Positions 12,180 to 24,647 of a stretch of 64,000 nucleotides of DNA are shown here, piece after piece. The stretch spans positions 195,197,255 to 195,261,254 of the forward strand of contig NC_090371.1 in the NCBI RefSeq assembly GCF_036365525.1, given 5' to 3'. Made by a program: the position numbers and the translations under genes. Under the pieces are notes generated by a model. That model was not told the DNA's origin, did no database searches, and saw nothing but the letters and a program-made list of their open reading frames with translations. Origin of the DNA: Heterodontus francisci (taxonomy: Eukaryota). The stretch's first letter is position 1, and each line of letters begins with the position of its first letter.

Positions 12180-14457
12180 CTGGTACAGGACTTAGGGGTG
12201 CAGATTTCACTGTAGGTTGGGGTTTCCCCTCAACCTGGCACATGTGGCAACTCCTGCAGTACTCCACCACATCTTTGTGGAGTTTTGGCCAGTCAAACTG
12301 CTGTCTTATGCGGGCTTTGGTCTTTCATATACTGGCATGTACAGCCACTGTAGTCTCGTGGGCCATTCTTAATATTTCTATCTGGTACCTCTGTGGCACC
12401 ACTAACTGGGGAACTACTGAGCATTCCTTGTTTTCAGGTCTGTGAGGAGAACTCCATTTCCTCATTCTTTAAATAGTAGCAATCAGGGATTCCCTCTGCT
12501 TCACTTTCAGACTGGGCAGCCAGTGCTAATTCTTGCAATACTGGGTCGGCTCGCTGAGCCTCAGCTAGAGAAAATCCATTTAATTCATTTCCTGAGCCTT
12601 CTAACTTCCCAAAGAAAGTCTCAGACAGACAGACCTCATGGTCATCTGCCTGCAGTGCCAATTCAGTCTCCTTTGGGGAAGCTGGTTTGATCATGGCCTG
12701 ATTCATTACACATTCAGGGAAGCTGCAGGGGTCCGTCACCTGCCACGAGCTGTCTCTTTGACCTCCTGCAGTCTTTCTTTCACTACTGGGGGGGCTACCA
12801 CCTTCACCCCTGCCAGATCATTACCTAGGAGCAGGTCAACCCTGTCCACAGGCAAACGAAGGACAATTCCTACAGTCACTGGTCCCAAAACTAGGTCGCA
12901 CTCCAGGTGCACCCGGTGTACAGCTACAGGCAAACACTGCCCTCCAATACCATTCACCACCAGTCTGGTGTTCACTGCATTCTCTGGGGGAAAGATCAGG
13001 CCTTTTCCCAGTAAAAGGGATCTAGTGGCCCCTGTGTCCCTGAGAATTACTATGGGCTTGCTTGCCCCACCGGAGGCAAAACCCTGATAACCGATTAAAT
13101 TTTCCTGCACTTGCAGCTGTAAGCTTCCTGGGTCTCACTCTTGCTGCAGTTAAAGCCACAGTTTGTTCTGCTGTGCTTTCCATCACGTTCACTTCTTCAC
13201 TAAGCAGGTGTGCCCTGATTAACCCTACAGGTTTTCCCTTTAGTTTCCAGCAGACAGCTTTTAAATGCCCTGCTTTATGACAATGGAAGCACACAGGTCT
13301 CCAGGTTTCACTTTTGCTCGCAGCACCTTCCTTTTTGGCTAGAGGAGGGCCCCCTGTGTCTCCTGCTTTCCTTTGTCTCCCAGGACTGCTTGGGCTCCTA
13401 TCACCTTCCCACCCTTTGTCCTTTTCGGATTTGTGGAGGTGACTAGGAAAGGTTTTCTCCTGGGAAACCGACTTATAAATTAAAGCAAACTCATCAGCCA
13501 GAACGGCCGCTTGCCAAGCTTTCTGAACCCACTGCTCCGCTACATGTGTCTTTATGGAGAGTGGGAGAGAGTGTTTAAATTCCTCTAACAGGATTACTTC
13601 TCTGAGATTCTCATAGTTGAGCTGTACTTTAAGAGCCCTCAGCCACTGGTCAAAAGCCAGCTGCTTAGTTCTTTCAAACTCCAGATAAGTTTGATTACCT
13701 TGCTTCTTGAGGGTTCTAAACTTTTGGCGATAGGCCTCGGGTGCTAATTCATATGCCCCGAGGATAGCATTTTTTGTCACTTCATAATTTGATGAACTCT
13801 AATCTGGCAACAGGGAATAAACCTCATGAGCTTTTCCTGTTAGCTTGTTTTGTAATAAAAGAGGCTTGGTCTCAGCTAGCCATTTTAGCTGCCTTGCCAG
13901 TTTCTCAAAGGACACAAAAAATGTTTCTAAATCTTCTTCATTGAATTTTGGGATTAGTTGAGCTAGTTTTAACAATTCTGTACCCAGCCCTGAATTACAG
14001 TCCTCCATATTGGCCATTCTTTCACTGAGGTTACTCTGTCGCCTCCTAATTAACTCAAGCCACTTCAGCTCTCTCTCTTCACATTCTTTCCAGAATATTC
14101 TTTCTATCTCCCTCTCCTGCCTTTCATTTTCTTCACGTTGCTTCTGGAAGGTCCTTTCTTTCTCCCTCTCCTATCTCTCTCTCTTTCGCTTTCCTTCCAA
14201 TTCAAGTTTCCTTTGTTCCAATTGTATCTTTGCTAACAATACCCTGTCAGAGTTTGCTTCTAACCCTGTTTCTGCTTCTTCAGAATCAAGGGAAAAATGG
14301 TTGGCCACTTAGGAGTTCAGACTTTCTAGCCTTGCCACGTACAGTGATCCCACACAGCTCAGCCATTTTCCTCAACTCCTCCATAGACAGTGCTTTTCAC
14401 TTATCTCAAGTTACTTCACCCTGGCTTGGAGGGCTACTAGCTTCAGTTGCAGACATG
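12180..14457 (-). pseudogene. Gypsy gag-protease-integrase(zinc-binding part) remnant
   Basis: ORFs 13799-14017 (PKFNEEDLETFFVSFEKLA), 13022-13780 (YELAPEAYRQKFR...LLEEFK...CFHCHKAGH), 12736-13110 (RDTGA...LLLGNDL) and 12434-12739 (AQRADP). Confidence 0.85.
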
Positions 14458-14598
14458 TTAGTATCCAAGCGCAAACAATCACAAGAAAATCTGTACTGAA
14501 ATCTTGCTCATTTGTTTTGACTGGGAACAATTTGGCTTCCCACTTCCAATTTCTCTCATTTGTCCATGGGTAAAATCCCAGACAAACCCCCAAATTTC

Positions 14599-15514
14599 TG
14601 TTACGAATTGGTGAAAAAGGGGTCTAGGGGTCCCTCTCAGCCTTCACCTTGTCTTACCGTAACAGGGTTTTATTTTAAACACACGGTGTTTTTAGCTCCT
14701 CCTTGGTGAATCCTTGTTCACTGCTTTCCAATTATAAGGAAAAGAAACCAGCATAAACAGGTTTACTTAGTTTAAAGAAGAAAGGTTGAAATGTATTAAA
14801 CTTGAACCCTAATTCAGTTAATGCCTACTGATACACGATGCGCCTACGCTAGCATGCATATGCGATACACACATGCAGATAGAGACAGAAAAGAGCAGAA
14901 AAAAATAAAGTGGAAAAGTTTGAGGCAATTTCTGAAGAGGGTTTTTGTTATGGTTCTTCGAGTTCACTGTAGAGTCCTTGATTATAGGTAGATCTTGCTC
15001 TTCATTGGGGCCCAGTATGCTTCTTAAACCTTGTTTGCTCTAGCAGACCTTTCTCTCTTGGGGTTCATGTGTCTTCAGTGCATTTGGAGTTCCATGAGAA
15101 AGGGAGGGAGAACCAAATAGGAGAGGTCTTCTTCAGTCCAGGAACATACTGCAGTCTCTCAGTTCAAACTCTTTATACAATTCAGAAAACTAGGTTGCTA
15201 AGCAGGCTGGTCATGGGACCAGCTGGTCTGACCACGTCTGTTTGTGGATTCGGCCATCCCAGCAGTCATCCTAAAATTTGAGCTCCCTCAATTTCAATGT
15301 TTGGTGCTCAAAGTCCATTGTGGGTTAAATTGGATCAGATAAGTAACCCCTTTGTCTCCACAAGCACTGCTTGTTAATATGCAAATGTCTTTCCAGCCAA
15401 GGGTCTGGTGATTTTTTTCAAACAAGTCCTTTCTTCACTTCAGTTTTCAAGTCAATGTTCAGATGTCAAAATTAATATGCTTCCTTCTTGGCAGGTGGGG
15501 GGATCTGCATGACA
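14599..15514 (-). repeat. 5' LTR
   Basis: TGTTACG...GCATGACA; PBS directly adjacent at 14575-14592. Confidence 0.9.
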
Positions 15515-17365
15515 CTAAACTAATAAAAAATCAGCTAGGACACTTCTGGCCACATGGGATATGGCGCGTGAGACAGCTCCTGACTGACAAAGTGCTAGCT
15601 TGGGTGTACAATATGTGTTCCAGAAGCATGCAGAGTAGCCAGATTGCGATGTTAAATGTCCTTTAATGCTAATTTGGTGCATGATGTTCCATTTTGGACC
15701 ATGCAGGTCCAGTTATTGCCTCTCGTAAGCACTCCCATGTGTTCAGCTGCATGAGGAACACCTCGGGCAGAATCTTGTCAGCCACACGGAGATACCTTTG
15801 GAGGTGGGAGGGATGGGAATTTGCATAAGTTGCTTGTCGAGTTGTCTACCCAACGCGATCCTGTCCCTGAGTGGGATAATATCAGCACCGGCTATCCACC
15901 CGGTAGCAGCGGGAAGCAGGGATAGACACCTGGGCAATTAATCTGAATATAGAGTGCATAGATAATCTAATGCCATCAAAACACAGTCAGATTTAATGCA
16001 CATTTCTCCCTATAAATAAAGTAGCTAAGCATAAAAACATCAATGGAGAGCAGTACACTATATTAGCTAGCTAGCATGCAAAATAGTTTGCAATGGCAAT
16101 ACAAATTACTTTTGTTGACAGAATCGAGCTGGCTACATCAGGTCAGGGGGTGGTAGATGGACCTTATTGGATGACCTCTGTGGATTCACACTGTGTCAGG
16201 AGTGCAAATTCATTGAATAAAATTCAAGGAGAGGATGGTTATTGAGGGGACAGAGAGAGAGAGACGGGGAGGGGGGGGGAGTGGCAGTAAGAGAAAAGGA
16301 CTGAGAGAGATAGAAAAATCAGCAAATGGATACAATATCATTTCTCACACTGCTATTGTAACAAGACAGTTTAACCAGTGATGGTCAATGTTTGTGCTAC
16401 TTCTCCACCTGCTTGTGATATGTATCTGAAGACAGGGCAACCAACAAAAGGGCAGTGATCTCCAAATCAGGAGAATTTTATAGGATGGAGCAGATAGTAC
16501 TTCAGAAGAGTCATATAAAACAGAAAAACAGAATGGGACAGGAAGGGACAGAGAGATTAACGGTAGGTGGCCAAGACTAGTTCATTCATCTTGACAGGCT
16601 GTTAAATTAGGTCCTGGATTCTAAAATACAGAAATAACAGCATCTCTCATGGACAAAATATCCTTTACTCACCAAAGTTAGTGACAACATTCGATAGACG
16701 CAATTACAAATAAAGAGCACCCATCAGTTCCTCCGATAAAGCGATTCTCTTAAATTCACTTATGTCTATATCTCAGTCTATCACTGTCGATTAATATTCA
16801 GCTTTGAAAAAATAATTATTAACAGAAAGCTATTCAGCAAAAAGTTGAGCATTTGTCACTACACATATAGTTCTGTTACAAAATGTTTAGTCACTATCTG
16901 TAAGATTGTACTCCAGATTAATGAATTTATCTCCAAGCCAAATCTCTTACCTGTTCGCAAAAGTGCACTTTTAACGTAATGTAATTATATGATACAGACA
17001 ACTTTCAAATGACATTGGCCACTCAGGTTATCTGCCCTCAAACTGGATAGCCAATGATGCACATTGCAGTTACTGATCTTTGACATACTTGTAAAACTTG
17101 TCCTTTAATCCAATTTGCAGCAAACAAATCACTTACTGACTGTTTCTAACATGATCATTGAAACATAATAAATTTTTACTATGTCTTCCCTGACAATTTT
17201 TAAAACTGCAAATACAGCATGGAATTTGTTATGACATCGTCGACAGTTCATCATAGATTAAGGTTTATTAAAGCTATGCATTGCATTGTACCGACTATTG
17301 TGTATGGGTCTGCAGCATCCTGTTTTTGCCAATATCATTCAGCCTCATTACACTGTACTCTTGTC

Positions 17366-17440
17366 ATAGAGTCATAGAGTCATTTACAGCACAGAAGGAG
17401 GCCATTCGGCTCATTGCTCCCATGCCGGCTCTCCATGGAC
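17366..17440 (-). mobile_element. CR1 3' terminus with (TATGACTC)n tail
   Basis: GTCATAGAGTCATAGAGTCATTTACAGCACAGAAGGAGGCCATTCGG. Confidence 0.7.
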
Positions 17441-17621
17441 CTATGCTGTATTCATGAGGATATATTCATGAGGACTTTACAGTGCTAACTTCTGGAGAAA
17501 TTCCTTGGATTTTCTTGCCTGTTTTCCACTCAGTACATGTTCTGGAACAATGTGACTACAAGTGGATAGCAGCAGAATTGTGACATTTGTATAGCAGTAA
17601 AAGTCCAGCAATTTTCAACAT

Positions 17622-17975
17622 GAGTATTGCTGAAAATAGAGACATGCTGTTGAAGCTTTCCGTCTTGCACTCATCAGGACAATCGCAAGATGAGAAGAGA
17701 GTGCCGATTGGTTGGCAAATGAACTCTGATTGGTAGAGGTGCTGCCGTGGCAAATGCACCAGTTTATGATGACTGACAATTAACTGCCAAGCTTTGTTTA
17801 AAATTTAAACCAGGCAGCTTGACTCTGCTTGGTCAAGGCATTGCCCTGAGGAATGAACCAGCAAATGGGTGTCACTTATTTTGTTCAGCTGAAACAGGCG
17901 CAATGTTTGTACATATGGGTCTGTCTACGAAAAGCAGGGCCCTGTGTATAAATATATGCAGCTTCCAGTACGTGC
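17622..17975 (-). mobile_element. Penelope-like element 3' end (GIY-YIG C-terminus plus pLTR with hammerhead)
   Basis: Minus strand encodes VLEAAYIYTQGPAFRRQ, resembling the PLE endonuclease C-terminus. Hammerhead core at 17648-17681. Confidence 0.75.
17648..17681 (-). ncRNA. Minimal type I hammerhead ribozyme motif (PLE-type)
   Basis: TGTC-CTGATGA-GT-GCAAG-AC-G-GAAAGCTTC-AACA: catalytic boxes, short stem II, palindromic AAGCTT in place of stem III, stem I TGTC/AACA with one mismatch. Confidence 0.65.
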
Positions 17976-18165
17976 AAACTTTCAATGTGTTACTGAGCTA
18001 GTGTCCTAAGTGAAAGTAATGTGTGCCAGAATGTTGAAATCAAGACATTTCCTCAATGACTTTTGCCATTTTAAAATGAGTTTACATAACACAAGCCTTT
18101 AAACTTGTAATTTAAAATAACCTAACTGCTAGATTATTTTAAAACACAAGGTTAAAGGTTTGGAG

Positions 18166-20031
18166 CAGGGGTGGCCAACATTATCACGTGGCAGGGGGCA
18201 CATTACAATTTTTGTCTTACATAGGGGGCTGGTGAGACAATTTTGGAATGATAAAGGCATTAAAAAAATAATCTTACTATTAATCAAAACAACAACAAAT
18301 GTGTATTTTTGTGAAGAACCTTTAAATTAAAAGACTACTGACTTTCTTGTCACTATGTTGGACACTGAATTAGTGAGATTCTAGCATTTTCTTTTGTTGC
18401 TTGCACAAGTAATCAATGTCTACCTGTACACTTGTTGTAGCAATGCAAAGTATTCCATATAGATGTTAATCTGTCAGGAAGGATCTTGATCACTCTCTCT
18501 CCCTCCTCTCTGTGCCTATCTCTCTCCCCCTCCCTCTCTGTGTCCCCACTCTGTGTGTTGCCCCTGTGTTGTCCCCCGTTCTCTGTGTCATCTCCCCTCT
18601 CTGTATCACCTCCTGTCATTACCCCCTCCGATGCCATTTCCTCCCCTCTCTGTGTCATCCTTATCTTCAAGTTGTCCCCCTTCTCTGTTTTGTCCCCCCT
18701 TTCTGTGTCTCCCTCTCTCTCCCTGACTCCCTTTCTCTCTGTCCCCCTTTCTCTCTCTTTCCCCCCTCTCTCTGTCTCCCCCTCTCTGTCCTTTCTCTCT
18801 CACTCTCTCTTCCTCCTTTCTCTCTGCACCTTCTCTCTCTTTCCCCCCTCTCTCTCTGTCCCCTTTTAACTCTCTCTCTTTCCCCTCTTTCTCTGCCCCC
18901 TCTCTGTCCCCATCTCTCTCTCTCTCTCTCTGCCTTCTCTTTCTCTCTTTCTCTGTTCCCTCTTTTACTCTCTCTCTCAGCCCTCTCCCTCTGCCCCCTC
19001 TCTCTTTTCCCCTCTCTCTCCATCCCCCTTTCTCTCTCTCTCTTTCCTGTCTTTCTCTGCCCCCTCTTTCTCTGCCCCCTCTCTGTCCCCATCTCTCTCT
19101 CTCTCTCTGCCCCCTCTTTCTCTCTTTCTCTGTTCCCTCTTTTACTCTCTCTCTCAACCCTCTCTCTCTGTCCCCTCTCTCTTTTCCCCTCTCTCTCCGT
19201 CCCCCTTTCTCTGCCCCCTCTCCTTCTCTGCCCCCTCTTTCTCTCTCCCTCCGCCTACTTTTTCGCTCTTGCTCTGCCCCCTCTCTCTCTGCCCCCTTTT
19301 CTCTCTCTGACCCTCTCTCTCTCTCTGTCCTATCTCTCTCTCTTTCTCTCTGCCCTCTCTCTCTCTGCCCCACCCTTTCTCTGCCCCCTCTTTCTCTCCC
19401 TCTCTCTGCCTCCTCTTTCTCTCTTTCTCTGTCCCCCCTCTGTCTCTCTTCCCCCTCTTTCTCTCTCTCTGCCCCATTTCTCTCTCTCTCTGCCCTCTCT
19501 ACCTCTCTCTGTCCCCTTCTCTTACTGCCTCTCGTCTCTCTCTCTCTCTCTCTCTGTCTCCCTCTCTCTCTCTGTCCCTGTCTCTCGTTCTCTCTCTCTC
19601 TGCCACCTATTTCTCTCTTATGTTCTGCCCTCTCTCTCTCTTTCTGCCCCTCACTCTCTCTGCCGCCGCTTTCTCTCTCTCTCTCTCTCTCTACACACCC
19701 CACCCCCAGCCCCCCCCCCCCCCCCCCCACTTCTGACCGTTGCAAAGAGTGGGAACAGCGGCTTCTGAACTTTGGATAGATTTGTGGTTTTCCAGTGTGC
19801 TTTAAAAGAAAATCGGAACCACAGGAAAACCCTGAATCTACCCGAAGTTCGGAAAACACTATTCCTGCTCTCAGCACCTGTCAGCTGTGAAAGTGACACT
19901 TAAGAATTTTTTTTAAAGCCAGTCTGAAGAAGCCAATGAGAAATTTCTCATCCCTGAAATTATCAGTCACAGACCTCAAAATATTTTCCACGGACACTGG
20001 TATCCAGGTGCGGACACGTTGTCGACCCCTG
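18166..20031. mobile_element. hAT-like non-autonomous DNA transposon enclosing a CT-rich tract
   Basis: TIRs CAGGGGTGGCCAAC and (reverse complement) CAGGGGTCGACAAC, 12/14 identical. An 8-bp TSD is not recoverable on the right side. Confidence 0.6.
18492..19730. repeat. Polypyrimidine (CT-rich) low-complexity tract with an internal duplication
   Basis: About 1.2 kb of near-pure C/T. Block 18895-19070 recurs at 19074-19250. Ends in poly-C. Confidence 0.95.
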
Positions 20032-20972
20032 GCGGGTAGCCAATTAGTGGCAATTAAGTTGCCACTTGTGGGGAAGACTGTTGATGCCGCCGGAATCTTC
20101 CCAATGGCGGATTGGCCCACCGCTGAAGCCAAAGCCTGGCAGATTGCTGGAGGCAGCCTCCCAGTGGCAGGCCGGAGGCCAGTGAAGCCTCCTTTAATTC
20201 CACCCTAGACACCCACTGCTGAAGCCACAAATGCCTGAGGGTCACAGCTGCGGCCACAGGCCATCTTCTGGAGTGGTTTCCCTCCATGGCCTGACAGCTG
20301 GTGGCCAGACTTTAGTTTTACACCATTGGGGCGGCACAATGGCACAGGGGCGGCACAGTGGCGCAGTGCAGCCTCACAGCTCCAGCGACCCAGGTTCAGT
20401 TCTGGGTACTGCCTGTGCAGAGTTTGCAAGTTCTCCTGTGACCGTGTGGGTTTTCGCCGGGTGCTCCGGTTTCCTCCCACAGCCAAAGACTTGCAGGTTG
20501 ATAGGTAAATTGGCCATTGTAAATTGCCCCTAGTGTAGGTAGGTGGTAGGAGAATTGAGGGAAGGTGGGGATGTGGTAGGGAATATGGGATTAATGTAGG
20601 ATTAGTATAAATGGGTGTTGGCACAGACTCAGTGGGCCAAAGGGCCTGTTTCAGTGCTATATCTCTCTATAAAGTCTATAATAAAGAAAGTGTTCTGAGG
20701 GGCCTCAAGCATAGTCCCCCACCTACAGTGGCAGCACCCACTTTTCCCAGTGAGGCTACTGGCTGCCCACAGCCTCAGGCATTCTCACTGGCCCTTCAAC
20801 CTGCACACCCTGCCCACCATCCTTAGTTGAATAGTGCTCCCAGTAGCAGCTTGTTAATTGACTGCCTCTGGAAAGATCACGCAGGCGGCCAGACCTTGTA
20901 AACCACCAGGGTCAGAACCTGGAAATGGTCCCATCTACCATTTAAAAACTAAGGTGGTAAGATTTTGCCCCT
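20032..20972. mobile_element. Harbinger-type MITE remnant (GC-rich)
   Basis: Ends in GTAAGATTTTGCCCC, similar to the other GGGC-TIR elements in the window; left end lost. Confidence 0.45.
20329..20668 (+). mobile_element. HE1/V-SINE-type SINE
   Basis: Same sequence as 6767-7092 and 24648-25002; the 5' start is duplicated. Confidence 0.88.
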
Positions 20973-21099
20973 CACTAACATCAATTAAAGTTCCAGCCAT
21001 CCAACTTCTTTCAACTTACTTTTGTTGGTGCAGAGTTAGTGGAATTACTGTCTTGATTGTTTTTGGAGGAGTTTTGCAAACTTTTTGGATTTTCAAGGT

Positions 21100-22010
21100 A
21101 GCAGTGCGAGATCTTGACAAGAAGGTCGGAGCAGTTGGAAGACCAGTAGAAGAATGCCTGTTTCAGTAATGATGGCTACAGCATGATTTGGGAATGGGGG
21201 ATAGAAAGCAAAGAGGGGAAGCAGTGTGCACAGGGAGGAGGAGGAGGAGGAAGAGGGGAGGAGGAAGAGGGAGAAGGGAGTCTGGTTCCCTTGAGATGTC
21301 ATTCCCACATCACAGTTGTTGTACAATTCCCCAAGTTTCAGTTCATCTTCTCCATTCCATCATAGTGTCCTCTTGGTCCTAATCCTGAAATAAAAGCCAC
21401 CCACAAAAAAAATCCAACACTTTCGAAATACATACACAATTGAAATATTCACCCTAATGCATTCCCTTAGTGCCTGTCTGACAGGTGCCTTTGCCTGTCC
21501 TCGTGCTCCGACACAGTGCTACCCGTGGCTGCAGTATGGTTGGTGGAAGGCTGCTGACCTTCACTCGGGAAGACTGCAGATGGCCTTGCAGGATGACCTC
21601 AAGCAGCTGTGGGCCTTGTGGGCCCAGCTTCACACTGCGCGACCTCAGAATCAGCAGCTACAGTCTGGCTGGCTGAGGGGCACTGACAAGGGCACTGACA
21701 GAATGGCAGTGTTGGGAGTACAAATATTGCCATTTTGAGAGAAGAAAGCAGCTTCATGCATCACGAAGCCACTACCACTACTTGGAAGACTGATTGCTGG
21801 ACTGCTGTGAAAGCCTGCAAGCCCCTTTGAGCACTGGTATCCACAGCCCCGATTGCAGCAGTCTGAGTCTGTACGGCAGCAAGCATGAATCTCATGACCT
21901 CATCTGAGCCTCCACTGCAAAACTGAGCTGTTGGATGGCTTCCCCCTGTGCTGCAGTGAAAGTTGAGACATTGACCACCAGACACTGCATCATGGTTGGG
22001 TTGCAAGTGC
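21100..22010. mobile_element. Probable Harbinger internal fragment (transposase acidic C-terminus on +, convergent second ORF on -)
   Basis: Glu-rich GAGGAGGAA stretch followed by a minus-strand remnant (ORFs 21761-22006 and 21892-22158) similar in character to 22018-22870. Confidence 0.4.
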
Positions 22011-23452
22011 TGTCAAGGTGTCGGTTACCATCTCCATGGTGGAAAGGATGGGCTCCAAGCTCTGCGCAAAGCCCTGTGTCAAGGTACAGCTGGACTCCTC
22101 CATCCTCTCCTCCTTGACAGTGACAAGTGGCTCTATGGCAAGCCTGCCAATGTACCAAGCATTTCGGAGTGCATTGGAGGCCCCGGAGAGTGCCGGCACC
22201 TCTGCGGAGGAGACAATCTCAGAGGATGCAGTGTCCCATGACACTCCCACACCTTCCACCAGCGCAGAGACATTCACCGCAGTGGGAATGAGTCTGGGTA
22301 ACAAGCTGGAGAGAGCACCCGTGCCCAAGGCTGAGGCTGAGACAGTCGAGGCCTCTGACAGTCGGAGGACTGTGGGCGGCCAGGCCCATGCTGCCTCAGG
22401 TTGATGATGACTCTTTGGTGTTGACAGCACAGGGGATGCTGCAGTTGTAGGAAGAGGTAAGGCAACATCTGGCGGAGATGCCACAGGCCACGCGCAGCTT
22501 TGAGCGGATGATGGGGGAGTCCATCCAAGCCATGACAGCTGCCATGCCCCAGGCAAATGAGCACATGGCTTCCTCCATGGAGAGGATGGTGGCCCTCATG
22601 GAGAGCCACATTCGAGAGATGCGCACTGAGCTGCAAACCCTCACCTCAGCCATGAGTTGGATACAGCAGTGGCTAGGTGAGAGACGGACCAGGGGCCTGG
22701 AGAGCAGCAAGGTTCTCACGAGCCTTGAGAGGGAGGAGGCGAACCAGTGGTCCATGTGGGGGGTCTCCCCTCAGGGTGATTCCAATGTGGACACCAGCTC
22801 CTCAGCCCCTCCACCGGTGAGTCCAGCTCCAGCAGCCACGACATCAGAGGAGAACCCTGCACTGGTGTAGGAGGCCCTCAGGCAGCCGGGGCCTTCCAGG
22901 CCTCATGCACCCAGAGGACGAGTGTCCAAGTCATCCAAAACCAAAGGGTGTCCTGATCAGCAGCCTGCCTCCAGTCAAGCTGCTAGTGCAGAGGTTGCAC
23001 TGAAAAAGAGCACCCACGTATGGCTAAAAAAGAGACCATGACACATATGGGTTATCATGGGTGAAATGTATATCTATTGATAACTTCTCATTAAATGTGT
23101 TTCTTTAACAGGTGTCTCCTTTTTACTGTGTGGATGACGCATGCCAGCATGTGCCGACTATGTCTCCTCCCATTACTTCATTGACCTGAGAGCAATGCCA
23201 ATGTATGGAAAAACATCATGGCCATGCCAGTATGCGTGATGTGGCACTGCAGGGATGCAGTCACATGGGCAATGGCTCACTCATCTGCTGCCAGTAATGG
23301 TGGAGACACAGATGTCACAGATGCAGGAGAATGCACAGCAGATGAAGCACAGTGATGTGTGACATGGGGAGCATATACAGTGGAAGTGCTCAGCAATAAG
23401 GCATTGCTGAGCATCCCTTGCTCTTTGCTCGTCCTGTCTGCAATGCCTCATA

Positions 23453-24241
23453 GTAACATAGAAACATAGAAAAATAGGAGCAGGATTAGTCCATTTGGCC
23501 CTTAGAGCCTGCACCGCCATTCAATAAGAATCATGGCTGATCATCCAAACTCAGTACCCTGTTCCTGCTTTCTCCCTGCATCCCTTGATCCCTTTAGCCC
23601 TAAGAACTATATCTAACTCTTTCTTGAATATGCTTAATGATTTGGCCTCAACTGTTTTCCGTGGTAGAGAATTCCACAGGTTTACCACTCACTGGGTGAA
23701 GAAATCCCTCCTCGTCTCAGTCCTAAATGGCTTACCCCTTATCCTTAAACTGTGACCCCTGGTCCTGGACTCCCCCGCCATCAGAAACATCCTTCCTGCA
23801 TCTAGTCTGTCCAGTCCTGTTAGAATTTTATATGTTTCTATGAGATCCCCTCTCATTCTTCTAAATTCTAGTGAATACAAGCCTAATCGACCCAATCTCT
23901 CTTCATATGTCAGTCCTGCCATCCCAGGAATCAGTCTGGTGAATCTTCGCTGCACTCCCTCCATAGCAAGAACATCCTTCCTCAGACCAAACCTGCACAC
24001 AATACTCCAGATGTGGTCTCACCAAGGCCTTGTATAACTGCAGCAAGACATCCTTGCTCCTGTACTCAAATCCTCTCGCTATGAAGGCCAACATACCATT
24101 TGACTTCTTAACTGCCTGCTGCACCTGCATGCTTACTTTCAGCGACTGGTGCACAAGGACACCCAGGTCTTTCTGCACCTCCCCCTTTCCCAATCTCTCG
24201 TTATTCAGATAATAATCAGCCTTTCTGATTTTGCCACCAAA
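23453..24241 (-). mobile_element. CR1 LINE 3' fragment
   Basis: ORFs 23903-24283 and 23689-24000 (LVRPHLEYCVQ, VQRRFTRLIPG, RGDLIETYKI); (TTCTATGT)n tail. Confidence 0.92.
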
Positions 24242-24647
24242 TGCATCACCGCCTCTCTGGACATCCACAGTTATCTCTGACACTGATGCTCCGACATCTG
24301 CAGGTATGTCATGTGGGCTCTATAGACCCACTCTCTTCTTTGGCATCGAATGCACCTTGGTGGCTGCTGCTGCTTGATTGCATGAGCTTCTACGTGGGTT
24401 GTACCTGCCTGTTGGTTCGGCCTCCGGTGGATATGGCTCCTCACAGCACTAGGATCAAGAAAGATAGAATGGACCAGCCCCATTTGAATGCTGCAGGTGA
24501 ACTCGGTTCCTTCAGTAGGTCAACGGCATCTATCAGGGCAGAGAGTGATGTAAATCGGTGCTTCAGCTGCGTTCCTTCATCACCTATATGGCATGGCATT
24601 GCCCATCTTAGCTTTGCATAAAAGCAGAGCAGCATGAGCACGGTCAT

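Larger units (their letters stand above)
10404..15514 (-). mobile_element. Gmr1-type Gypsy LTR retrotransposon, internally deleted (gag, protease and integrase N-terminal remnant; no RT)
   Basis: Paired LTRs 10404-11325 and 14599-15514 (TG...CA). tRNA-Pro-like PBS TGGGGGTTTGTCTGGGAT next to the 5' LTR, and a PPT at 11326-11336. Gag with SCAN-like region and CFHCHKAGH knuckle; protease ILRDTGA. Confidence 0.92.

Noticed and set aside
16660-16990. Minus-strand splice donors (GTGAGTAA, CAG|GTAAGA)
   Set aside because: No convincing acceptor or recognisable open frame upstream of either donor.
18486-19877. 418-aa and 423-aa ORFs (L/S/P-rich and E/R/G-rich)
   Set aside because: They are translations of a CT/AG low-complexity tract that lacks stop codons by composition.
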